Source of the DNA: Rebecca billardiae RCC1528
Lineage: Eukaryota; Protista; Haptophyta
Length of the DNA stretch: 64,000 bases
Assembly (NCBI GenBank): GCA_965240325.2
Contig: OZ251227.1
Span: 3,425,301-3,489,300 of the forward strand
Direction: 5' to 3'
A program made the position numbers and the translations under genes. This document shows positions 22,346 to 36,221 of the stretch, in pieces. Every line of letters begins with the position of its first letter. Positions within the stretch are counted from its first letter, which is position 1. Below the pieces are notes generated by a model. That model worked only from the letters and a program-made list of their open reading frames with translations. It did no database searches and had not been told where the DNA came from.

Positions 22346-25300
22346 ATGACGGACTCGTACGCCGACCTCTCGCCGCTGCGCGTGCTCTACTCGGAGGCGC
22401 AGCTCGCGCACCTCACCGCGCTGATGGGCCTGCCGCCGCCCGCCCCCTCCAGCCCGCGCGACGCGTACCTCGCCGCGCTCGGCGCGCTCGACCTGCACGC
22501 GCACATCAAGCCGCTCGCCGCCGCGCGCTTCCAGATCGAGTCGGAGTCGGACGTGGACGGCGACGCGGCGTACGCCGCGGCGTGGCTCGCGGAGATCTAC
22601 AAGCGCGACGCGAAGGCGAAGGACAACCAGCGCTTCCAGCTCGCGCTGCTCAAGGTGCGCCAGGCCGTGGGCGGGCTGGCGATGCAAGTGCGCGAGGTCG
22701 CGGGCAACGGCCTCTACCCGGACGTGGCGGCGGCGGCGCTCGGCGCGGCGGCGCCGCCGGCGGTGGCGCGCAAGCCGAGCGGCGCGCAGGCCACCAACGC
22801 CGACGCCGGCTCGGCGCCCGACTCGCCGCGCTCGCTCGCCGACACGTGCGAGCAGCCGCGCACGCCCGCGCCGCCCGCGCGCGCCTTGCCGCTCGGCAAG
22901 GCCGCCGACGAGGCGGCGGAGGAGGAGGAGGAGGAGGAGGAGGAGGAGGAGGGCGCCGCGGAGTCGGAGGGGTACGAGTCGGCGGAGCAGCCGCCGCGCG
23001 CCGCCGAGGGCGCGCGCTCCGACGAGGACGAGGACGAGGAGGCCGCCGCCGCGGTCGCGGAGGCGGAGGCGGCGGCCGCGGCGGCGCCGACCCAGCCGGC
23101 CGTGGCGGAGGGCGCGGCGGCGGAGGCGTTCGAGGAGGCCCTGTCCGAGGCGGAGGGCTCGGCCTCGTCGGGCCCGGCCTCGCCGCGCTCGCCGCACCAC
23201 CACGCCGCCGCCGTCCACCACCACCACCACCCGCCGCTCGCGCGCGGCCCGTCGCGGCCGGAGTCGGTCGGCTCGGCGGAGGCGGAGGCGGAGGCGGAGG
23301 CGGAGGCGGAGGCGGAGGAGCTGAGCGCGGCGTCGTCGTCGCCGCGCCTCAGCTCGCGCTCGGCCACGCCAGAGTCGGTGGGCGCGGCGGAGGAGGCGGC
23401 GGCGGCCGTCGCACACGGCGAGTACGCGCACGAAGTGCACGAGGAGGAGGAGGAGGAGGAGGAGGAGGAGGGCGAGGAGCGCGCCTCGTCCGTCGGCGAG
23501 GACGAGGCGGCGTCGGTGCGCTCGGCCTCGTCGGGCGCGCGCAGCTCGACGCGCAGCGCGTCGGCCGCGCCGTCGGTGGCGGGCGAGGTGGGCGCCGCCG
23601 CCCAGCTGCCGCTGCCGCGCAGCGCCGCGTCGTCGCACCGCGGCTCTCGCGCGCCGTCCGAGGCGGCGGCGCCGCCGTCGGCGCCGGCGTCGCACCGCAG
23701 CTCGCGCGCGCCGTCGGCTGCGCCGTCGGTACCGCCCTCGCCCAAGCCGCAGTCGAGCGCGGCGCACTCGCACCGCAGCTCGCGCGCGCCCTCCGAGGCG
23801 GCGCGCTCGGTGCCGCCCTCGCCGCAGCCGCGCTCGGCGGCCAGCTCGGCGCTCGGCTCGCGCCAGCCATCGCGCGCCCCGTCGGAGGCGGCGCCGTCCG
23901 TGCCGGCGTCGCACCTCAGCTCGCGCTCAGCCACGCTCCAGCCTGAGGAGCCCGCCGCCGCCGACGGCGCCGCGTCGGTGCGCTCGGCCGCGTCGGCCGC
24001 GGCGGCGGCGCGCTCGGCCGCGGGCTCGCACCGCTCGTCGGCCGCGCCGTCGCGCGCGTCGCCCGCCGCGTCGGCGGCGCCGTCCAAGCTGAGCTCGCGC
24101 TCGGCGACGCCGGCGGCGGAGGGCCTCTCGGTGCCGGCGTCGCCGCGCACGCCGATGCACGCGCCCGCGCTCGGCGGCCCGTCCGCGCCGCCCTCCGAGT
24201 TTGAGTTCGACGCGGACGCGCACGCCAAGCCGGCGCACTCGCACTCGGCGCACCCGTCCGCGCCGCCCTCCGCGCCGCGCTCGGCGCACAGCTCGGCCTC
24301 GCCCTCGTCCTTTGACGGCGACATGAGCCACCTCGCGCCGCCCGTCTCGGGGATGCACACGGCGGCGGGCACGCCCGCGCCGAGCGCGGCGCACACGCCC
24401 GCGTCGCGCGCGGCGGCCGACGTGCCGCGCGACGTCTCGCAGCTGCAGCTGCCGTCCGCGGCGGCGGCCTCATCCAAGCCCAGCTCGCGCGCGCCGTCCG
24501 AGGCGGCGGCGGCGCGCTCGCACCGCAGCTCGCGCTCGGCGACGCCGCGCGCCACGCCCGCGCCGTCGGAGGCGGGCGAGCTGCAGCCGCCGTCGGTGCC
24601 GCCCTCGCCGCAGCCGCAGTCGAGCGCGGCGCACTCGCACCGCAGCTCGCGCGCGCCCTCCGAGGCGGCGCACTCGGTGCCGCCCTCGCCGCAGCCGCGC
24701 TCGGCGGCGAGCTCGGCGCTCGGCTCGCGCCAGCCATCGCACGCGCTGTCGGCGCGCGGCGCGGACGACGGCGCGTCGGAGGCGGGCTCGGAGGCGTCGT
24801 CGCACGCACCGTCGTCGCGCGGCTCGTCGCAGAGCTACGCCTCGGCCGACTCGGCCGGCGCCGCGTCCGTGCCCTCCCGCTCCAAGCTCGTGCCGCCGGC
24901 CGTGCGCGTGACGGTGTCCGTGCCGAGCTCGCGAGGCTCCTCCGGCGCGCCGTCCGCGCGCTCGTCGCGCGCCGCGTCCGTCGCGGACGGCTCGGCGCCG
25001 GGCTCGCCCGCGCACGCGGGGGGCTCCGGCGCGGGCTCAAGGCTCAGCTCGCGCACGCTCACGCCCGCGCCGTCTGAGGCGGGCGACGCGGCCGCACCGC
25101 GCTGGCCGGCGGACGGCTCGGCGGCGGCCTCGTCCAAGCCCAGCTCGCGCGCGCCGTCCGAGGCGGCGGCGGCGCGCTCGCACCGCAGCTCGCGCTCGGC
25201 CACGCCGCGCGCCACGCCCGCGCCATCCGAGGCGGGCGACGCGGAGGCGCCGCGCTCGCCCTCGGTCGCGCGCTCGCACCGCAGCTCGCGCGCGCCCTCC

Positions 25301-25912
25301 GAGGCGGCGCACTCGAAGCGCAGCTCGCGCTCGGCCACGCCGCGTGCCACGCCCGCGCCGTCCGAGGCGGGCGAGCTGCAGCCGCCGTCGATGCCGCCCT
25401 CGCCCAAGCCGCAGTCGAGCGCGGCGCACTCGCACCGCAGCTCGCGCGCGCCCTCCGAGGCGGCGCACTCGGTGCCGCCCTCGCCGCAGCCGCGCTCGGC
25501 GGCCAGCTCGGCGCTCGGCTCGCGCCAGCCATCGCGCGCGCCGTCGGAGGCGGCGCCGTCCGTGCCGGCGTCGCACCGCAGCTCCCGTGCCCCGTCCGAG
25601 GCTGCGGCACCGCCGTCGGTGCCCGCGTCGCACCGCAGCTCGCGCGCGCCGTCCGAGGCGGCGCACTCGACGCCGCCCTCGGCCGCGGGCTCGCGGCTCG
25701 GCTCGCGCGCGCCCACGCCCGCTGCGTCGGAGGCGGCGGCGCCCGCCTCGCCCAAGCCGGCGCCGCCGCCGCCGAGGCGGATGTCGCTCACCGTGCCGCC
25801 GCCCGCGCTCACGCCTCGCTCGCTCACGCCGCCGGCGGGCGTGTCCGCGCGCCGCGCCACCGGCGAGTCAACCGCGCCGCCGTCGCCGCGGTCGGTGGCG
25901 ACAGTCGGCTGA
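22346..25912 (+). CDS. Large low-complexity protein: short N-terminal helical domain, poly-Glu tracts, Ser/Ala/Pro/Arg-rich internal repeats
   Basis: ATG at 22346 opens a 1188-aa ORF with a coding-like N-terminus and recurring SHRSSRAPSEAA modules. Confidence 0.65.
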   Translation: MTDSYADLSPLRVLYSEAQLAHLTALMGLPPPAPSSPRDAYLAALGALDLHAHIKPLAAARFQIESESDVDGDAAYAAAWLAEIYKRDAKAKDNQRFQLALLKVRQAVGGLAMQVREVAGNGLYPDVAAAALGAAAPPAVARKPSGAQATNADAGSAPDSPRSLADTCEQPRTPAPPARALPLGKAADEAAEEEEEEEEEEEGAAESEGYESAEQPPRAAEGARSDEDEDEEAAAAVAEAEAAAAAAPTQPAVAEGAAAEAFEEALSEAEGSASSGPASPRSPHHHAAAVHHHHHPPLARGPSRPESVGSAEAEAEAEAEAEAEELSAASSSPRLSSRSATPESVGAAEEAAAAVAHGEYAHEVHEEEEEEEEEEGEERASSVGEDEAASVRSASSGARSSTRSASAAPSVAGEVGAAAQLPLPRSAASSHRGSRAPSEAAAPPSAPASHRSSRAPSAAPSVPPSPKPQSSAAHSHRSSRAPSEAARSVPPSPQPRSAASSALGSRQPSRAPSEAAPSVPASHLSSRSATLQPEEPAAADGAASVRSAASAAAAARSAAGSHRSSAAPSRASPAASAAPSKLSSRSATPAAEGLSVPASPRTPMHAPALGGPSAPPSEFEFDADAHAKPAHSHSAHPSAPPSAPRSAHSSASPSSFDGDMSHLAPPVSGMHTAAGTPAPSAAHTPASRAAADVPRDVSQLQLPSAAAASSKPSSRAPSEAAAARSHRSSRSATPRATPAPSEAGELQPPSVPPSPQPQSSAAHSHRSSRAPSEAAHSVPPSPQPRSAASSALGSRQPSHALSARGADDGASEAGSEASSHAPSSRGSSQSYASADSAGAASVPSRSKLVPPAVRVTVSVPSSRGSSGAPSARSSRAASVADGSAPGSPAHAGGSGAGSRLSSRTLTPAPSEAGDAAAPRWPADGSAAASSKPSSRAPSEAAAARSHRSSRSATPRATPAPSEAGDAEAPRSPSVARSHRSSRAPSEAAHSKRSSRSATPRATPAPSEAGELQPPSMPPSPKPQSSAAHSHRSSRAPSEAAHSVPPSPQPRSAASSALGSRQPSRAPSEAAPSVPASHRSSRAPSEAAAPPSVPASHRSSRAPSEAAHSTPPSAAGSRLGSRAPTPAASEAAAPASPKPAPPPPRRMSLTVPPPALTPRSLTPPAGVSARRATGESTAPPSPRSVATVG

Positions 25913-26779
25913 GCGCGCGCCCGCCGAGCGCGCGACGGCAGCGCCCCCCCGTGCAACCGCATCGGCATCCGCCCTAGCCCCCTCTCCGCGCACTCGACCT
26001 GCACTCGCATGTTCTCCCCCACGTTCCAGCCCTCGCCGTGCGCACAGCCGTGATGGTCTCGCCTATTCGCGGCGGCGCGCCTCGCCACCTCGCCGCCCCG
26101 GCCGTTGTCGTCGCTCGTGCAGTGCGGCTGCCACCGGCGCGCGCAGTGACGCACCCGCGGCAGCCGCAGCCGAGCAGCACACCACGGCACCCAGGATGCA
26201 CGGCACTCTACTCCGCGCACACCCAGCAGCAGCAGCAGCAGCAGCATAGCAGCGCTCGGCGTGTACATCACCCGACGGCGACTAGGCCCCGCAAGCCGCA
26301 GCCACCGACGGCTGCGCTCTTCGCATGACAGTACGCGCGATGTTATTGCTCGCGTCACTATGCGCCTTCCGATCGATCGATATAATATACGACATGCCGC
26401 GCCTCGAGTTCCGCCGGTTCACTCACGCCGCGTGAGCGACGTGATGACGACGTGAGGCGGGCGCTCGTCGCGCCTTCGCGGCCTTGTCGCCAGTGTCCCG
26501 CCCGCCGGCCCGGGCGCCGCCGCCAGTATAATCGCGGTATATATCGTAGTCGCGTCGCGTACTCGCGTCATATATATGTGGCGCGTTATATAGCGCAGCT
26601 ATAATAACCGACGACTACTAACCGAGTGTGTCCGGAGGCTAGAAGGTGAGGCGATGCAGTAGGCGTGCTGCCGCTTGCGACCAAGGGCTTATAATAATCC
26701 GCCATCATCTGCTGCGAGTGCGCGTGATCCTGCAGGTCAAGGTGGTGACTGCTGCTGATACCCGATGGTGCCGGCGGCT

Positions 26780-27370
26780 CACGTTTCCGAGTACTTGCTG
26801 CTGGCCACCCATGACTCGGCCGACCCTTCACGCGGCAACAGACAACACCAGGGAGTATATGTTTGCTGACAAGATCTTTTATTACTATATCATCAGCATG
26901 ATGTGCTATTATTATACGTTCTTCATCACCACTCATGGCAGCACCTCCTTTATTTATGGCCTGGCCTGTCCAACTCTTCTATACGGCGCTCGCTCGTGTC
27001 TATTTATTTGGCGGCTCTCGAGATAGCATGTGCTGAGATTGATGATCTCTTTAGGGAGCTGTTCTCCATGATCTCCATCAGCATCCAGGCAGCTTCTCAT
27101 TCGCCAAGCAAGCGGCCAGCCCCAAGCTCATTATCGTTGTGGCCGCTTCTAGTAACTACGACCTGCTATCGAGCCGAACCACTTGGGCATCCTCGGGCCC
27201 CCTGCTCATCCGCGCAGCAAAGCACAAAGAGGATCCATCGCCTCCAGTCGTGCTTCTTTGCGCGAAACGCGCACCATCCGCCCCTGCAGCCTCCGTATCT
27301 CAGTTGTCTGCGCTTGTCAGGGACCTGCAGTCTGTGCGGCGCGTTCAGCCCGGAACATAATCCCAACCAA
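26780..27370 (+). mobile_element. Possible highly decayed Ty1/Copia RNase H remnant
   Basis: Lower GC. Fragments STKRIHRL..FFARN and SPEHNP loosely resemble Copia RTKHI..HF.RE and T..N.AD; broken by frameshifts. Confidence 0.25.
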
Positions 27371-27450
27371 TCGAGTATACATCATCGGCGGCATATCTAT
27401 AGGCGATGCTACTTGGATTACAGCTTCGCTCTTCATGCATTGGAGGACAC

Positions 27451-27498
27451 TACATATATATATATATATATATCTATATCTATATCTATATCTATATC

Positions 27499-27545
<47 letters not shown>

Positions 27546-27548
27546 ATA
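27451..27548. repeat. Compound microsatellite (TA)n/(TATATC)n/(TG)n/(TATG)n
   Basis: Read directly from the sequence. Confidence 0.9.
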
Positions 27549-27814
27549 TTCGATTGCGTCGTAGTATAGACTAACTACGACGGCGCAGCAGTAGCAGTAG
27601 AGTCGTCGTATACGATATCGATGATGATGACTACGATATATATATTGACTGCTATATACGCATATATATATATATATAGTGACTTCGCGACGACGCGATG
27701 ACCGGCGGATCGCGCGTATATATATATATATTGTCGTCGTCGACTGACCGGACGCGCGATGATATGATCGATATATATCGATATATATGTATATTATAAA
27801 TATACTAGCAGTTA

Positions 27815-29332
27815 CCAGGTCGTTCCCCCTGCACTGGGAATCCGCGGTTTCGCACTATTCAGAGCGCGAGGCCGCGGCATAGCAACGCAGATTTAGTCTT
27901 CCGATTGCTCTATCAGACCACTTGAACGATCTAATCGAGCTTTCCAATTAAAAATGACGAAACCAGATCCATCCATTCGAGAAGCCAAATCCCGAGCGCG
28001 GCAAAGCCGTGGAACAGCAGTAATCAGCCTCGTCAGCGATAGTCCGCTCACGAAATCGATGCTCTAGGAATGAGTTCTTCGCGTGCGACCGGAGGCGGGA
28101 GCCCTCGCGGGTGCGAGCACCGATTTCTGACCCGCCGGCCTGCGGCCGGGCGGCGGCGAGTGCGATGCGGGCCAGGGCGCTGCGGGCGCGGATGTGCTCG
28201 CGGAGCCGGCGTGCGTGGACGGGCTGTTGCGGGAGAGTATCTGCCGCCATCCTGCCCCGCGCGTCTTGCGCCACGCCTCTTTCGCCTCGGCTCAGGGCAG
28301 CGCGCACGGCGCGCGCCGCCTCAACTGGCCAGCCTTGCCTGCGCCGCAGCCGACCGCGCGCGCGCCGTGCGCGGCGTGGTCGGGAAGGAACGGGCGCGGC
28401 TGCCGGGCGAGATGACGACATCATGTGCGCACGCCATGCCGCCCCGCCACGCCTTGCCGAGCGTGTCGCCGGTCCGTTTGCACGCCTCTTCGAGTTGTCA
28501 CAAATGGTGTGCGGCACGGCCTCGCGGTCGTGACCCTTGTCGGGACGATCATTGAGACACAGAACAGTGCCAGACGGGCAAGCGGGATACTCTTCCATGA
28601 ATGTTCATCACCGCGTGGTCATGTAGAAGTGCTGGGTGCGACGCTTCCTCGCGCGGATGCACTTTCATCATCTTCTTCGAGCTCAGGTCTGGCTTCAGGC
28701 ACGACTGAAGAAATCAGCACTCGTCAACAGCTGTGCGGATCCGTTATCGTGCCCTTTCGCGGCGCCGCGGGGCGGCATAGCGTGCGCACATGATGTCGTC
28801 ATCTCGCCCGGCAGCACCCCCCGTTCCTTTCCGACCACGCCGCGCACGGCGCGCGCGCGGTTGGCTGCCGGCGCGGCTGTGCTGGCCTCGAGGCGGCGCG
28901 CGCGTGCGCGCTGCCCTGAGCCGCGGCGAAAAGAGGCGTGGCGCGAGACGCGCGGCACAGGAGGGCACCAGATACTCTCCCGCGACAGCCTGTCCACGCA
29001 AGCCGGCTCCGCGAGCACATCCGCGCCCGCAGCGCCGTGCCCCGGGCGCGCCCCGCCAACGGCGCTCGGCCGCCTTCGCCGCTGCCGCCTGCCGCCGAGG
29101 GCAAAAGGTCAAGATTTGGTCGGCCCTCGCCTGCCGAGCCGCCACCGGGGGCTCCCTGCCCTCTATCTCGTTGCGGCTCAATTTTGGGATTGCGAGACCA
29201 GCTCATCGATTGACGCACATCCGCACCCGCGAGACCTGAAAATCTTATTCGCGGGTAGCGACGGGTGCGTCCTCCGGCTGTTTTTCTTGTATGTCCAAAC
29301 CGCGGATTCCCAGTGCAGGGGGAACGACCTGG
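27815..29332. mobile_element. Non-autonomous mariner-like TIR element with internal fold-back
   Basis: Perfect 36-bp TIRs (CCAGGTCGTTCCCCCTGCACTGGGAATCCGCGGTTT) at 27815-27850 and 29297-29332 with TA on both sides. Imperfect internal inverted arms at about 28130-28455 and 28760-29110. Confidence 0.88.
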
Positions 29333-29384
29333 TAAGCACTGCTACTTGGTCGTCAGGCGCGCGGCGCGCGAAATCATCATATCA

Positions 29385-30122
<738 letters not shown>

Positions 30123-30146
30123 ATATATATATATATATATATATAT

Positions 30147-32115
30147 GATTAAACTTTTCTGAGGATAGCGCACCAGCAAAATCCCTTGACCGCCATCCGG
30201 ATTTTACGGAGGCCGCGTTTGGACGCAGAAACGCGCGATGGCGAGGCCCGCCCTCGCACCACCGCTCTCGCGAGATCGCGACCGTGCGACCTGCGGCGTT
30301 GCGCTCGACGCGCTCTTTCTGCTCGGAGGCCGCGAGGACTCCCAGGTGCGCCAGCTCGCGAGCGTGCACCTTCCTCCTCGCCGCGCTCGCCGAGCACAAG
30401 CCGATCTGCAGCAGATGTGCAAGGAGCCGCATGTGGCCTTCCTCGCGCGCGCGGCACGGCTGCACACGAAAATCGTTAGAGGGCACTTCTCCGCGCATTC
30501 TACATTTTGGGGAAAGAACGCCTGAACTGCACAGAAAGTGCCCTCTAACGCTTCCGCTCCTCGCCGTTGCGTGCACGCGCAAAGGAGCACTGCAAAGGGT
30601 GCGACTGGGAGCATTCCTTCTCCCGGGCGGCCACCACGGCCTCGGAGGTGGTGAGGAACGCGTCGGCGACCACGGCATGGACCACCTCCGTCGCGCCGGA
30701 CACTCCGGTCGCCCCTCGCCGGACTCCATCCTCGCTGCGCGCTGACCGTTTGCCGAGCGGGCTGCCCCCGCCGCCTGCCCGGCGTGTGCCCGCGTGGTGA
30801 CACAAGATGGTCGAAGGCGTGGCAGCGCGGTGGTGCGTGCGATCGGGGGACCCCACCTGAGCTACGACACGGGCGCGCGCGCTCATCCGTGCTCATCACG
30901 GTGGTGCACGCGCGCGTCGCGCGCTCGTCGGCTGTCGCGCGCTGACGGCTGGGCTGCTTTGGGGTGTCGGCGGCGGCCACAGCTCGCTGGTACGGGCGCG
31001 ATGGTGGCTGCGAGTGGTACGCGGCGTTGCACCAGGTCCATGTGCGTCACGCACGACGCTCGGCCGGCTCGCCCTCGGACCATTGGCTGAGTTCTACTCG
31101 CTGCGCGCGCCGCGCGCGGGAGCCGCTCGGCAGCTGCTCGAGGCGCAAAGTGCGCCCCGCGCGCTGAACGTGGGCACGACGAGGTGGTGCGGCGAGCGTG
31201 CGCGGGTGTGTGTGCGTGATGGGCACCCCCATTGCGCTACTTGCCATGCACATCTGCCTCTCGCCAAGCCTTCGACACGATTGCTGCAAGCGCTGCTCGG
31301 AGGCGCGCTCGCGGGCTCGCGCGCGTTTGAATCTGGGCTCGGCGGCGATCGCGTGGACGAGGAGCAGCGCGGTGCACGGTGGCGGAGCGCGTGCGGAGCG
31401 CAGCCTACACCTCCTACACGCTCAATCCAGACACATCGCGCATGCTCGCGCGACCTCCTCGGTCCATCACGTGCGCGTGCGCGCGCGAGCAGGTGTGCAT
31501 TCGCCGGGCGCGTTCACGGCGCGCCGCGTTGGCGCGCGCGCACCGATACCCGTGCGCAGCTCGACGAGCGAGCGCGGTGTGTTTCGATGCGTATGGGGAG
31601 GCTCGAATTTACGCGCGCGCACGCGCCGGCCCTCGCCGCCCCTTCGCTCGCCCACGCCTCATCTGCGCGCTCGGCGTTTGCACGCAGCTGCTCATCCTTT
31701 CCAACACGTGCACAAACGAGCAGATAGCGCTGGGCGAGGTCGATTGGTGCGTCAGATATTCGGCAACGACCAGCCCCGCTCGTGTGCCGCCGCTCGTGCT
31801 ACTCTTGACGACCACCTCTGGCTCGGTCGCGCGCACGAGGCTGCTCGCGGGCCCAATCGTGCCGTGTACCGTCAAGCTGTACCGTGCGCAGCGAGGCGCA
31901 CTCAGACGTCCGCATGGGCTCGCATGCGAGGGCCCGGCAGTGCGACGCGTCGATGGAGCATGCTCCGGATACGCTTCGGCGCACTTTCCGACGCGCACGA
32001 GCCGCTCGAAGGCGCGGAAGGGCGCCCAAACGGGGCAACCGCCATTTTGCGCCACTTCGGCCCGGATGGCGGTCAAGGGAAATTGCTGGTGCGCTATCCT
32101 CAGAAAAGTTTAATC
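30147..32115. mobile_element. Non-autonomous TIR DNA element inserted in (TA)n, superfamily unassigned
   Basis: 54-bp TIRs with 2 mismatches (GATTAAACTTTTCTGAGGATAGCGCACCAGCAA...) at 30147-30200 and 32062-32115. No recognisable transposase. Confidence 0.85.
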
Positions 32116-32127
32116 ATTATATATAGG

Positions 32128-32696
32128 GACCGCGAGGTCTACGGCACGCTTGAGGGCCAGGTGGGCCCATACGAGGCGCGGCTCGACACCTTCCCCGCGA
32201 TCGTCCCGATTGTCGTGGGGGCGTTCGGCGAGTGGAGCGCGGAGGTGGACCTCACCCTCAAGAAGATCGCCAAGATGGGGCGGGACACGTGGCGCGCGCG
32301 CCTCAGCGCGCCCTCGCGCCCCGCCGCCGAGCGCGCGCTGCTCGGCACCATGCGGCGCGAGCTGGGCATGCGCTGCCTGCGTGGCCAGGCCAAGATGCTC
32401 ATCGCCCGCGCGCGCATGGCGCACGTGCGCCCGGGGGCACGCGCCCGCGGGGGCGCTGCATACGACGACTACTTCGAGACGACGGCTGACGACGCGTGGC
32501 ACCGCGACCACCGCGGTGGCGCGTGCGCGTCGACGCCAGACGGTGCGTCGAGCTTCCGCTCGGCGATGGAGTGATGGGCGACTATGAGGGGGGGGACGAC
32601 GGCGAGGAGCGCTGATCCTGGTGTTTGTCTCTGCTGCTCGATCTGCTGCTACAGCTTGCTGACTCTGACGCCTGCCCGTTGCATACCACGTCGTTA
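32128..32696 (+). mobile_element. 5'-truncated CRE-like non-LTR retrotransposon copy 2
   Basis: Same 3' end (CACGTCGTTA then ATAT) with a different 5' truncation point. Confidence 0.88.
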
Positions 32697-32704
32697 ATAT
32701 ATAT

Positions 32705-33753
<1,049 letters not shown>

Positions 33754-33969
33754 CGTCGTCAGCATCGCGTCTATCTGACATATGCAGCATCGCGGCGTAT
33801 AGCAGCAGCTGCATCATCGGCATCAGGCGCCGCGGCGCGCGCACTATACGTACTTCGCGGCGCTGCTCATGCAGCGACATCGTCGTCAGCAGCGCGAGCG
33901 CAGCAGCAGGCCTCGTACAGGCCTGGCCGGCAGTAGCGACGAGCTGCGCTCGCGGCGGCGCCGTCGTCG

Positions 33970-33988
33970 TCAGCGCGGCGGGCGCGCC

Positions 33989-34019
<31 letters not shown>

Positions 34020-34662
34020 GCAGCACAGTCGGCGAGGAGGCGGCGGAAGCGCTGCCGCCGCACGACGAGGCGCTCGGGGCGAGGCGCAGCGAGGGCGGCG
34101 CGGTGAGCGAGGACGCGCGGCTGCGCGGCCCCGCGCCACCCGCCCCGCCCTCCTCCGCCCCGCCCCCGGACTGCGGCCCCTCCGAGTCCGGCTCGACCAG
34201 CACGCGCAGCAGCGCAAACGCTGGGCAGCACAGCGGCGGCGCGCACGGCGGGTCGGGCGGCGGCGCGTGCGGCGCGCCGCGACGAGGGGCGTGCGCCGAG
34301 GGCTCGGCGGCGTCGGGCGGCGGCGAGGGGCGGCGCGGGTGCACGCGCGCGGCGAGCTCGTACTCGCCCGGCGCGAGGAAGCACGCGCCGAGCTCGAGGC
34401 ACGCGCCCTCGCCCGCGGGCGCGCCCAGCCGCGCGCCGCGCGCCACGCCGCGCCACGCGACGAGCGCAGGCGAGTCGGCGCCGCCGCGCACGCGGCGCGC
34501 GCACACGCTCACGGCGACGCCGAGCGTGGCGGTGGGGTCGGCGGCGCGGACGACGACGCGCAGCGCGCACACCGCCGCCACCGCCGCGCGCGCCGGCGGC
34601 TCGGCGCACCCCGGCGCCGCCGGCGGCTGCGCGCCGCCGCCGCCGCCGCCCGCGACGAGCGT

Positions 34663-34713
<51 letters not shown>

Positions 34714-36186
34714 CCGCCGGCCGCCGAGCGGCGGCGTGCCGTGTGACAGGCGGCGGGCGCCCGGCGGCAGCGGCGCGGGCGGCGCGGCGGCGGGCGCGGC
34801 GGCGGAGGCGCCCGCCGCCTCCTCGCCGCCCGCCGGCGCGCCCTCCGCGCGCCCGCCGCCCGGCGCGCGCGGCGGCGGCGGCGGCGGCGGCAGCAGGCAA
34901 AGGCTCACGAGCGCGGCGGCGGGCTCGAGCGCTGCGAGCGCGGCGCCGCCGATGCGGACGCACGCGGCGCGCAGCTCGCCCGCGCGCGGCTCGGCGCGGT
35001 GGCGGTGGCGTGCGCCGCGGGGCGGCTGCGCCCACGCGAGGCGCAGCGTCGCGCGCAGCGCGCACGCCAGCGCGTGCGACGCCTCCACGCGCGCGCACGC
35101 CGCCGCGCGCGCGCGCGCGCCCGCGCGCGCGCCGCCGAGCGCCGCGCCGCACGCTGGCAGCCATTCGGCGAGGAGCGCGGCCGAGCGCGGCGCGAGCGTG
35201 GGGCCGGCGGTGCGCGCCTCGTCGGCCCAGCCGGGCGGGAGCGGGAGGAGGAGCTCGCAGGAGGAGCGCGGGCGGAGCAGCGCGCTCCGCGCGCGCGCGC
35301 GCCCGCCGCCCGGCCGCGCGGCCGCGAGCGGCGGCGGCGCGGCGGCGGCCGCCGCGGCGGCGGCCGCGTCGGCGCGCGCCGCGTCCGCCGCGCGCGCGCC
35401 CGGCGCGAGCGGCGCGAGCGCGGCGGCGACGCCGAGCGGCTCGGCGGCGTCGTTGGCCACGCGCACGAGCAGCGCGCGGCACACTTCGCCGCGCAGCGGG
35501 CACCCGTCCGTGCACAGCGCGCGCACGCCCGCGACACGCACACCCGGCTGCAGCGCCAGCCGCGCGCGCAGCTCGAGGCGGCGCCACCAGCGACCGAGCG
35601 CGCCGCCGGCGCCGTCGGCGGCGCCGGTCGGGCCGGGCGCGAGCGCGCCGGCGTAGACGAGGGCGAGGGTCTCCTCGCACGAGGACACGCACGGCTCGCC
35701 CCCGCCCTCGCCCTCGCCCTCGCCCTCGCCCTCGCTCGCCGAGTGCTCGCTGCCGCTGCCGCTGCCGCCGCCGCCCTCGCCGCCGCTGCCGCTGCCGCTG
35801 CCGCCGCCGCTGCCGCTGCCGCTGCCGTAGCCGCGGGCGGCGGCGGCGCGCCAGCGCGGCGCGCCGACGGGCGCGGGCTGCGCGCCCGCGCCCGCGAGCG
35901 GCGCGCGGAGCTCGGCGCGGAGGGCGAGCTCGGCGCCGGGCTCGAGCGGCTCGGGCAGCGCGCCGCCGCCCTCGGCGCGCGCGCGCTCCAGCCTCGGGCG
36001 CGCGAGCACGCGCTGCGCGCTCGCGCCGGCCCTCGGGCCGCCGCCGCATCCGGCGTCGGCGTCAGCCGCTCCGCCGCACCCGGCGGCAGCTTCGGCCGAC
36101 GCGTCGGCGTCGTCAAAGTCGGCGGCGTGGCAGAGCTGCAGCGCCGCGTCGGCGTCGGCGGCGGCGCGGAGCGCGCGGTCGCGCGC

Positions 36187-36221
<35 letters not shown>

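Noticed and set aside
32122-32130. TATAGGGAC identical to the LTDR start
   Set aside because: Explained by the TA run, two extra G and the GAC of the truncated retroelement; no further match.
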